A stretch of DNA of 64,000 nt from an uncultured virus (IMG/VR IMGVR_UViG_3300022856_000004) (taxonomy: Duplodnaviria > Heunggongvirae > Uroviricota > Caudoviricetes): the IMG/VR virus record IMGVR_UViG_3300022856_000004; one strand, written 5' to 3'. The notes under the pieces are model-generated. The model saw only the letters and a program-made list of their open reading frames with translations, searched no databases and was not told the DNA's origin. How positions within the stretch are numbered: position 1 is the first letter of the stretch; each line of letters begins with the position of its first letter. The position numbers and the translations under genes were made by a program. Of this stretch, positions 1 through 7,979 are shown in pieces.

Positions 1-1
1 G

Positions 2-1840
2 TGCAAATAAAGTAAATCCAGTTGCATTTGTATTAGGGAACCAATTTACAGCTGGTATATCATCACCTTTCCATACAAATATGGAAGTGTCCATTATGTA
101 TTCTGTAATTTTTAACTTACCATATATAGTGAAACCAGTCGCATTAACATCAGCAAAGAAATTAACACTATTAGGAATCATACCCTTCCAAACAAATTCA
201 GAAGTGTCCATTATGTATTCGGTTTGTTTGAAAACAGGATATATAGTGAATCCAGTTGCATTCGTATCTAAAAAGAAGTTAACACTATTAGGAATTAATC
301 CCTTCCAAACAAACTCGGAAGTATCCATTATATATTCAGTAGATTTTAATTTACCATATATAGTAAATCCAGTTGCATTTGTATTCAAAAAGAAATCCAC
401 AGACGGTATATCATCTGCTTTCCATACAAATACCGATGTGTCCTGTATATATTCTGTATTTTTAAATATAGGGTATATAGTAAATCCAGTTGCATTTGTA
501 TTAAGGAATGAATCTGTTGATGGTATGTTATCCGCCTTCCATACATAATCAGATGTATCCATTATAAAATTAGTTTCTTTTAATAAAGAAAATAATGTAA
601 ATCCAAATGCATCATCATCTATAAAACTATTAGAAAATGGTATATCATCTGCTTTCCATACATATAACGATGTATCATCTTTATAATATGAAGTTAGTAA
701 TGGACTGTATATAGTAAATCCATCTGCATTTATATTAAGGAAAAAATCTGTTGATGGTATATCATTAGATTTCCATACATAATCAGACGTGTCCATTATA
801 AAATTAGTTTCTTTCAATAAAGAAAATAATGTAAATCCAGTTGCATCATCATCTATAAATGAATTTGTAGTTGGTATATCCATACCTTGCCATACAAATT
901 TAGAAGTATTATCTATATATTCAGTTTCTAATGATTTACCAAATAATGTAAATCCAGTTGCATTTGTATTTACTATAAAGTTTACAGATGGTATATTATT
1001 TGCTTTCCATACATAGTCGGACGTATCTTGTATATATTCTGTATTTTTAAATATAGGGTATATAGTAAATCCAGTTGCATTGAAGTTACTAAAGAAATCA
1101 ACATTTGATATGTTATTAGCAGCCCATACATATAAAGATGTATCTTGTATATATTCAGTTTCCATTGGATTAGCAAATATAGTGAATCCAGTTGCATTAA
1201 AATTATCAAAAAAATCTGTTGATGGTATATCATTAGATTTCCAAACGAAATCGGATGTATCTGTTTTATATTTTGTTTCTTTTGGTTTTGGGAATATTGT
1301 GAACCCATCTGCATTCGTATTAGCAAAAAAATCAGTTGATGGTATATCATTGGATTTCCATACAAACTTAGAAGTATTCTCATTAAAATATGTTTGGTAT
1401 TCTGTAGCAAATGAATCGAACCCAACAGCATTAAAATTATTAAAGAAATCAACCACTGGTGGCTCATCTGTTTTCCAAGCAAAATCACTACTTAATAAAT
1501 TATAATCGGTTATCTTATTAACAGCAAAAGTAGTAAACCCTTTAGCGTTATTATTTTTAAAAAAATCAATTGAATCTGGCTCATCACCAACCCATACAAA
1601 GTTAGACGTGTCATATTTATAATTCGTTGTCTTCTGATTTGTTGTGAACCCAGATGCGTTCGTATCGGTAAAATTGTTGGTTTGTTGTGTAGTATCAATG
1701 TCAAATTTAGAATCTATAGAGGTAATATCAACATTTTGTATGTTGTTAATTGGTTTATCATTAAGCAATTCAACCAATGGTTTAGTTTGGAATCGTTGTT
1801 TAAAATAATTTTGTGTAGTAATTAGATCTATAAGTGCCAT
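2..1840 (-). CDS. Repeat-rich virion protein (about 15 x 39-aa repeats), partial, runs off the left edge; probably baseplate/tail-associated
   Basis: ATG at 1840 (MALIDLITTQNYF...). The frame reads open to the window edge, with a repeated unit like TSDFVWKxxDIPSxDFFxNxNATGFTIY. It follows the tape measure gene. It is absent from the ORF track because it has no stop in the window. Confidence 0.85.
   Translation of the reverse strand, partial: MALIDLITTQNYFKQRFQTKPLVELLNDKPINNIQNVDITSIDSKFDIDTTQQTNNFTDTNASGFTTNQKTTNYKYDTSNFVWVGDEPDSIDFFKNNNAKGFTTFAVNKITDYNLLSSDFAWKTDEPPVVDFFNNFNAVGFDSFATEYQTYFNENTSKFVWKSNDIPSTDFFANTNADGFTIFPKPKETKYKTDTSDFVWKSNDIPSTDFFDNFNATGFTIFANPMETEYIQDTSLYVWAANNISNVDFFSNFNATGFTIYPIFKNTEYIQDTSDYVWKANNIPSVNFIVNTNATGFTLFGKSLETEYIDNTSKFVWQGMDIPTTNSFIDDDATGFTLFSLLKETNFIMDTSDYVWKSNDIPSTDFFLNINADGFTIYSPLLTSYYKDDTSLYVWKADDIPFSNSFIDDDAFGFTLFSLLKETNFIMDTSDYVWKADNIPSTDSFLNTNATGFTIYPIFKNTEYIQDTSVFVWKADDIPSVDFFLNTNATGFTIYGKLKSTEYIMDTSEFVWKGLIPNSVNFFLDTNATGFTIYPVFKQTEYIMDTSEFVWKGMIPNSVNFFADVNATGFTIYGKLKITEYIMDTSIFVWKGDDIPAVNWFPNTNATGFTLFA
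10..1690 (-). repeat. Degenerate 117-bp coding tandem repeat, about 15 units
   Basis: The aaatccagttgcatt-like core (NATGF) recurs near 17, 134, 251, 368, 485, 602, 719, 836, 953, 1070, 1187, 1304, 1421 and 1538. Confidence 0.9.
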
Positions 1841-1872
1841 GTATATAAATATATGTTAATGTATAATAATAG

Positions 1873-4800
1873 TTAATATCTACTTGGTGTCGGTCCGAAA
1901 TTTGCATTTGCTTTATTAGTTGCTTCGCCAACTTTCTGTCCATCAAGATTAACATTAATTTTCATATTAGCCATTAATCTATTAAATTCAGCCATAGCTT
2001 CAACCAATGCCTTGTAGTGTTGTTCAGCTGGATCATATATATTTGGATCAATTGGTTTACCGAAATATCTACTTTGTTCATTGGCTTTACTGTTGTTAGT
2101 GGCTTCTTGCATATTACGGTTAGATTTTTTAGTGGCATCATCCATTGGATTACCACCTTTTTCATTATCTGATTTTGATTTATTAGTATCACCCTTACCA
2201 CTCCCATCAGCCATATATTTCACAAGTGGGTAAAATGAACCAAATATCATACGCATAAGACCATCACCCATAGCATAAAATAGGTTACCGAATGCGTTAC
2301 CCATACCAGACATGATACCTTCACCTATCTTCTCACCTATAGAATAGAATATAGGTTTATCCGATGCTAACATTTCTAATAACCCATTCATCATTTTAGG
2401 TAGATTCATTAGAAAACCAGCTATACTTTTTATTGTAGATTCAAAATTATTATCTAACCAATCAGATAAATTAGACACTACCTTAGCAAATGCACTATCT
2501 GGTCTATTAAGTTCATATACAAATCTATCTAATACTCTATTTAGAGGTTCTACTAATGGCCCTAATAATACATCTTTTATTTTATCCCACGCAAGCCCAA
2601 GTGATTCCATAAATGATAATGATCTTTTACTACGCAACACTTCCTGAACTATCATACGCTTCCTAGTATCAGTAATACCATCCAACTTATTTTTTAAATC
2701 ATCAATACCCATATCATATACATTGAAACCTAAATCTCGTATGTTCTGTTGTCTAGTTAAAATATCAGTTAATTCTTCAGATGTCATACCCAATGCCTTA
2801 GCGAATGCTTGTTGTTGGAATGGTAATTTAGAAGTAAATTCATTTAGACTACCAGCCTGCTCTAAAATAGATTCAAACATTAAATCGGTTCTACCTATCA
2901 TTTGATAATATCTAGCTGCATCAAGATTTATATTTTTACCATATATAATCCTAGCTTCCATTTCATCTTTCAATGAACTTTCAACATCAATTAATTTATT
3001 ACCAAAACCATCAATATCTTTCAAGCTACGACCTAACATCTTAGATTTCTGAACTAATAATACCATTTCCTGTGTAGTACCTTTAAATCCAGCTGCTATA
3101 TCTAATGGTATATTAGATAATTCCTTAAATACATTTCTCCAATCTAGTATAACACCAGTACCATCTTCCATAGCCATCATAACACCAGAGATACCATGTA
3201 CCATACTATTAAAATTAGAACCTAAAGCTAACGATACAAGATTTAAATTTGATGCTTCCTGTACAGATAGTCCTAAATTGGCAGTTATCAACATCAAACT
3301 TTCTAACATAGAATCGTATGTTTTTGATATACCACCACTCATCATCAAACCACCAAGTTCTTTTTGATAATCAACCTGTAATTCTAATACTTTTAGAAAT
3401 GTAGTTCCTAACGCAGATGTCTTTTCAAATTGATTGGCTAGTTGTCTAGACGCATTAACCATATTAGTTATCTGGTTTGCTGATGTTCCTGCTTTCTTAC
3501 CTAAATCAGCTAATGATTGATTCATATCTACGATTGCTTTAACTACCAAAGCAATAGCTACTATAGCCCCAACTACAACTACAGCTACAATCGCCACGGT
3601 TGCCCCAACTACTACTGCTGCCGCAGATAAACCAGCCATCGCAGCTGACATACCTCTTACTGACGCAATAGCAGGGCCCAAAGTTTGGTTCATTGATTTA
3701 AACGCCATACCCATCTTACCAGGGTCTTTCATTAGTCCTTGTTTGACTGCATTTTCATTAGCAAAATAATTATGCTTGAATTTCTCTTTGAAGTTAGTTG
3801 ATTTTTTTGCAAACCCACCTAAATGTGATACCACCCTACCAACACGACTTTTCTCTAATCGCTGTGTAAATCTTTCTGGTGCACCACCAATCATATTAAC
3901 TGGGTGACTTTTAAATTTTAATTGTTCTTTTTGTAGTTTTTGTTCTTCATTGTATTGTTTTTTTAATCCAGTTAAATATTTTTTACCCTCACGTGCCTTA
4001 TGTTGATCCATAACACGTTGATGCTTCATCATAGAATTGAATATTTTAATCTCAGTTCTTAATTTATCACGTGCTTCTTTCTCACGTATTTGTTCCATAA
4101 CACGCTGATGCTTCATCTGAGCTTTAAATAGTTTAGTATTAACCCTTATACGTTCTTTCTCATCTCTATCTATCAATCGTTGCTTAATATTCTCTTCTTT
4201 CTGTTTATCACGTGCATCTTTATTTCTTATTTGTTCCATAACACGTTGATATTTCATCTGAGCTTTAAATACTTTGGTTTCTGTTTTTATACGAAACGCT
4301 TCATCTCTATCTAATCGCATTTGTTCCTTACGTGCTTCTTTCTCACGTATCTGATCCATAACACGCTGATATTTCATCTGAGCTTTAAATAGTTTGGTTT
4401 CTGTTTTTATACGAAACGCTTCATCTCTATCTAATCGTATTTGTTCCTTACGTGCTTCTTTCTCACGTATCTGATCCATAACACGCTGATATTTCATCTG
4501 AGCTTTAAATAGTTTAATTCTAGTTCGTAAACTATATTCACCATCCTCATTTTTGACAGAAGTTGGATTATCAAAATTACGTTTGTATGCACCACTATTA
4601 TGAAATGAATTGCGATTTGATTTAACCTCACCACCAACCATATTAGGTATTTTTGAAATTGATCTTAGTTTGCGATTTAAATCTATTAATAGATTTGTAG
4701 ACTTATTTAGGTTTGTATTGAATCTATGTAATGATTTATCAATACTAACATCTACATTTTTATTATTTGATACATTACCTTTATTAGATAGTTTCTTTAT

Positions 4801-4980
4801 ATCAGTTAATATTTTTTTATTTTCTTTTTGTTTTTTTATAATCGAAGTATGTAATCGATCTAGTTCTTCTTGTTCATACTTTTGGCTTTGTATAACATCA
4901 TGAAGATCATCTTGTAACTGTCTCAATTCCTTTAAATTTTCAACACGTTTATTATGTAGTTCTTGTTCTTTAGGATCCAT
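1873..4980 (-). CDS. Tail tape measure protein
   Basis: 1035 aa, helical and coiled-coil, with an Ala/Val-rich hydrophobic stretch. It lies downstream of the tube and chaperone genes. Confidence 0.8.
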   Translation of the reverse strand: MDPKEQELHNKRVENLKELRQLQDDLHDVIQSQKYEQEELDRLHTSIIKKQKENKKILTDIKKLSNKGNVSNNKNVDVSIDKSLHRFNTNLNKSTNLLIDLNRKLRSISKIPNMVGGEVKSNRNSFHNSGAYKRNFDNPTSVKNEDGEYSLRTRIKLFKAQMKYQRVMDQIREKEARKEQIRLDRDEAFRIKTETKLFKAQMKYQRVMDQIREKEARKEQMRLDRDEAFRIKTETKVFKAQMKYQRVMEQIRNKDARDKQKEENIKQRLIDRDEKERIRVNTKLFKAQMKHQRVMEQIREKEARDKLRTEIKIFNSMMKHQRVMDQHKAREGKKYLTGLKKQYNEEQKLQKEQLKFKSHPVNMIGGAPERFTQRLEKSRVGRVVSHLGGFAKKSTNFKEKFKHNYFANENAVKQGLMKDPGKMGMAFKSMNQTLGPAIASVRGMSAAMAGLSAAAVVVGATVAIVAVVVVGAIVAIALVVKAIVDMNQSLADLGKKAGTSANQITNMVNASRQLANQFEKTSALGTTFLKVLELQVDYQKELGGLMMSGGISKTYDSMLESLMLITANLGLSVQEASNLNLVSLALGSNFNSMVHGISGVMMAMEDGTGVILDWRNVFKELSNIPLDIAAGFKGTTQEMVLLVQKSKMLGRSLKDIDGFGNKLIDVESSLKDEMEARIIYGKNINLDAARYYQMIGRTDLMFESILEQAGSLNEFTSKLPFQQQAFAKALGMTSEELTDILTRQQNIRDLGFNVYDMGIDDLKNKLDGITDTRKRMIVQEVLRSKRSLSFMESLGLAWDKIKDVLLGPLVEPLNRVLDRFVYELNRPDSAFAKVVSNLSDWLDNNFESTIKSIAGFLMNLPKMMNGLLEMLASDKPIFYSIGEKIGEGIMSGMGNAFGNLFYAMGDGLMRMIFGSFYPLVKYMADGSGKGDTNKSKSDNEKGGNPMDDATKKSNRNMQEATNNSKANEQSRYFGKPIDPNIYDPAEQHYKALVEAMAEFNRLMANMKINVNLDGQKVGEATNKANANFGPTPSRY
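4000..4516 (-). repeat. Repeat KLFKAQMKYQRVMDQIREKEAR (5 copies, three at 120-bp period) in the tape measure N-terminus
   Basis: Near-identical ccataacacgctgatatttcatctgagctttaaata blocks near 4236, 4356 and 4476, plus diverged copies near 4095 and 4008. Confidence 0.9.
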
Positions 4981-4996
4981 AATTCCATTCTAAAAT

Positions 4997-5033
4997 AATA
5001 AGCATTTCTATTAAATAAATAGAAATGCTTATT
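4997..5033. terminator. Perfect 16-bp inverted repeat between the chaperone and tape measure genes
   Basis: aataagcatttctatt - aaata - aatagaaatgcttatt. Confidence 0.55.
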
Positions 5034-5214
5034 TGTTTTTACTATCTTCATATTGCTTATTTTCAGTCTCAATCTGCTTAATTAACATATTAGTGTATAA
5101 TTTTCGTTTATTGACTGGCATCTCATATACATCGTCAAATGTAAAACCACCTTTACCAAAATATATAAGATTAAAAATTTCTTGATTTATATACAGACTA
5201 CTCTCGTAGCCCAA
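5029..5214 (-). CDS. Tail assembly chaperone C-terminal part (T4 gp51-like), possibly made by frameshift
   Basis: GGFTFDDVYEMPVNKRKLY motif. Only a TTG start is available, the ORF overlaps the upstream ORF, and it sits directly before the tape measure gene. Confidence 0.65.
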   Translation of the reverse strand: MGYESSLYINQEIFNLIYFGKGGFTFDDVYEMPVNKRKLYTNMLIKQIETENKQYEDSKNK

Positions 5215-6067
5215 CCCAAAAAAAGTCTACATCTGGGTAGATTTCCACTGTCTTTGTTATACCAGTTGATTCTGACGTTACTTCTTGATTCCAATCTAAA
5301 CCTGGTGATATTGCTCTGATATATTTTTTTAAATCACGACTATCACTTATAGGAATCTCATTTATAAATTCACCTATAGTTTTGGGTGATGAATCACCAT
5401 TAACTGATTTGATTATACTTTTTAGATATATAACATTATCAGGTATAACTTCAAGTTTATGTTTTAAGTTCTTCAGTGTATTTATTTCTGATTCGTATTG
5501 TAATGTTGATCCATGTGTTGGTAAACAGAATGTTATCGTTGCACCACATCTGGTTAATTCCATTTCAAATTCATTCTTGTTAGTAAATATAGACCAATCA
5601 TCAAGTTCTTTATCGGTTATGTCCTTTGTAAGATCGACATCTAACTCCATAGTATTATATTCATCACCTGGATCAGTTATACTAACTTTATAATCCTTTC
5701 CATATGATAATACTCTTGCAGCTACAAGTAATGCTTCTTTATCACCCTCTATCATCTCATTTAGATTAACACCATTAGTAACTACTATACTTTTTAATAA
5801 TCTATCAAATAATATACTAGCTCCTTTACTTATTAAGTTTCTAGATGTTAATATATCTTCATCTCTAGCAGTTAAATATCTCATCTCAACCTCTCCAGAT
5901 GACAATATACTTTCTTTTGGATAAACCAATCCTTTACTAGGGAGTTTTATCGTTTCTGATGGGTATTTTGTTCTTACTGGTGCTACCGTGTGTTGTTGAG
6001 CTACCTTCATAGCCATTTCTTTGTCCGACAAAGCTGTCGTACTATGTTCACTTTCTAAATTAGCCAT
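5198..6067 (-). CDS. Tail assembly chaperone / baseplate hub assembly protein (T4 gp26-like)
   Basis: LPSKG..Y, MRYLTARDEDIL and AARVLSYG motifs, ending DFFW. It lies between the tube and tape measure genes. Confidence 0.75.
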   Translation of the reverse strand: MANLESEHSTTALSDKEMAMKVAQQHTVAPVRTKYPSETIKLPSKGLVYPKESILSSGEVEMRYLTARDEDILTSRNLISKGASILFDRLLKSIVVTNGVNLNEMIEGDKEALLVAARVLSYGKDYKVSITDPGDEYNTMELDVDLTKDITDKELDDWSIFTNKNEFEMELTRCGATITFCLPTHGSTLQYESEINTLKNLKHKLEVIPDNVIYLKSIIKSVNGDSSPKTIGEFINEIPISDSRDLKKYIRAISPGLDWNQEVTSESTGITKTVEIYPDVDFFWVGLRE

Positions 6068-6130
6068 TTGCTACCTTTATAATTAAAATATTTAAAAATT
6101 CGTCGTATATAAATACAACTTAAAAATATA

Positions 6131-6165
6131 TAATACAACTAATATTTAATTTATTAGTTGTATTA
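6131..6165 (-). terminator. 14-bp AT-rich hairpin downstream of the tail tube gene
   Basis: taatacaactaata - tttaatt - tattagttgtatta. Confidence 0.5.
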
Positions 6166-6194
6166 TTAAATTCAATACAATTGAATAATTGATA

Positions 6195-6683
6195 TTAATA
6201 TTGTAATATCGCATAATCATATGATAAAACTACTGTACTTTTTACAGCACCACCAGTTTCCCAATCTAATGCACCTGGTTCATAGTTATTAATAAATGCA
6301 CCCTTTAATGTCCATTCTTCAATTTTATCACCAACTGGACCTAATAGGTTCAATGTCAAATCTTTTTTATAGAAATCAGCATAACCATCTCTACCAGTTA
6401 AAGACTCATGTGATAAACGAATCCATTCCATCATGGATTGTGCTGCTGATGGTACGATTGGATCGTATAACGTTAATGATATATCATTCCAATTACTTTT
6501 ACCCTTAACCTTTCTGTTAACATTGATGTGGTGTAATACAGTCACTTCATGTTCTATTTTAGGTCTTTCTGCCCCATGTATGATAAATGCAGGTACACCT
6601 TCAATGTACAACACAAATCTATTAATCTGTTTTGGTTCATATGAGGTGAAAAATATCTCATTCGGGTCTAATAGTTCTGGCAT
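6195..6683 (-). CDS. Tail tube protein (T4 gp19-like)
   Basis: 162 aa with WNDISLTLYDP, MMEWIR, EEWTLKGAF and LSYDYA motifs. It lies downstream of the sheath gene. Confidence 0.9.
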   Translation of the reverse strand: MPELLDPNEIFFTSYEPKQINRFVLYIEGVPAFIIHGAERPKIEHEVTVLHHINVNRKVKGKSNWNDISLTLYDPIVPSAAQSMMEWIRLSHESLTGRDGYADFYKKDLTLNLLGPVGDKIEEWTLKGAFINNYEPGALDWETGGAVKSTVVLSYDYAILQY

Positions 6684-6729
6684 TTGCCTTCCTCAATTTT
6701 ATTAGTTCTTTTCTATATATAAATATAAT

Positions 6730-7644
6730 TTAATTTCGTTTTTTAGTTAACAATGTATTTATATCTCTCATTGCAACTGGTTTAAATATAGAAACCTCTA
6801 TACCAGTATCTTGTATATATGAATCAAAATCAACTGGTTGGTACGTAGATGTGTACAATTCTATAGTTCCATCTGGATATACCAATGCAATTACACGTTT
6901 TAAATCATTTTCATCAGATGCGTTTTTATCTAATATATAATATGGTTTTATCATAAATTTATTAGTGTATTTCTTGTACTTTTCTGATGCTTGTAATGGA
7001 AGACACCATTCATAACCCATAGTCTGTATACAAGCAGTCACCTGTATATTTGGAGTTGTAATCATAATACCATTTTCATTATATATAGTTGATATTAGAT
7101 TTTGGCTTTCATGGTTTATTCTGATTTTATCAGTATCTTCAACGCTATTCATCAATTTAAGTGCATCTAACGTTTTATCCATATTATCAGTATCTAATAC
7201 TTCATCTGGATTAACAATTCCAAGACCAGATAGTCTTTGTAGATTTACCATGAAATCACGTATATCATCTAGTTTCTTATCATGTTCCACAAAGAATCTA
7301 AGTAGTTTCTCAACATACTTCTTATTTGTGGATGGATCCAATGACAATAGTTTCTTGTATGTATCACCATCTACCTTACCAGACTTTACATATTTATTAT
7401 ATGTATCTTTCTTATAATCACGATTATCAACTCTACTCTTTGGATTTCTTTTAACTGATGCTCTGGGTTTTTGTTTGGTAGTTTTACTATCTACTTCTTT
7501 CCCAGATGGATGTTTCCATGTACCGTCGGATTGTTTCTGTAAACCAGTTATTAATGATATATCACCAGCCTTATATTTGGACGTTCTATATTCACTAATT
7601 ATATTTTGTATTATATCTAATATTTCATTCTGATTCATCATCAA
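6730..7644 (-). CDS. Hypothetical protein, possibly an internal head protein
   Basis: 304-aa ORF with a basic N-terminal region following IISE. Confidence 0.6.
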   Translation of the reverse strand: MMMNQNEILDIIQNIISEYRTSKYKAGDISLITGLQKQSDGTWKHPSGKEVDSKTTKQKPRASVKRNPKSRVDNRDYKKDTYNKYVKSGKVDGDTYKKLLSLDPSTNKKYVEKLLRFFVEHDKKLDDIRDFMVNLQRLSGLGIVNPDEVLDTDNMDKTLDALKLMNSVEDTDKIRINHESQNLISTIYNENGIMITTPNIQVTACIQTMGYEWCLPLQASEKYKKYTNKFMIKPYYILDKNASDENDLKRVIALVYPDGTIELYTSTYQPVDFDSYIQDTGIEVSIFKPVAMRDINTLLTKKRN

Positions 7645-7927
7645 CCTTATTTTTTTTAGATTTTATCTTATCTGGTTCAATCTTGGGTGTAGGTGTTATT
7701 TTGTCTATATAAACGTCTATATTTTTAGAAATACTATCATGTATATTATTATACAAATAAGACCAAAATTCATCAGAACCTTTTCTAAAATATTCTTGTA
7801 TTTTATCTTTATCCAGACTATCTATAAATAATTTATTTATATAATATGATTTATCAGCTAACATACATTCATCTTCTGTATGATACACTTTACCATTGTA
7901 AGACTTGTATAATTTAACTTGTTCCAT
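7625..7927 (-). CDS. Hypothetical protein
   Basis: 100-aa ORF collinear with the operon. Confidence 0.6.
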   Translation of the reverse strand: MEQVKLYKSYNGKVYHTEDECMLADKSYYINKLFIDSLDKDKIQEYFRKGSDEFWSYLYNNIHDSISKNIDVYIDKITPTPKIEPDKIKSKKNKVDDESE

Positions 7928-7951
7928 ATAATTCTCTTTAATTTAAATAAT

Positions 7952-7972
7952 GAGGGGAGTATTAGTCCCCTC
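7952..7972 (-). terminator. GC-rich hairpin, probable intrinsic terminator after the sheath gene
   Basis: gagggga - gtattag - tcccctc, followed by an AT/T-rich tract on the minus strand. Confidence 0.7.
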
Positions 7973-7979
7973 TATTATA

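Noticed and set aside
10..1690. Regular 117-bp periodicity as a CRISPR array or non-coding repeat
   Set aside because: The period is a multiple of 3, variation looks codon-like, there are no identical repeats with unique spacers, and one minus-strand frame is open throughout.
81..1704. Listed ORFs 81..548, 789..1016, 982..1488, 1080..1505 and 1510..1704
   Set aside because: They are shadow frames of the repeat gene 1840..<2.
1844..1851. TATAAATA as T4-type late promoters driving plus-strand transcripts
   Set aside because: No credible plus-strand genes follow them. Their position fits the reverse-complement motif upstream of minus-strand genes.
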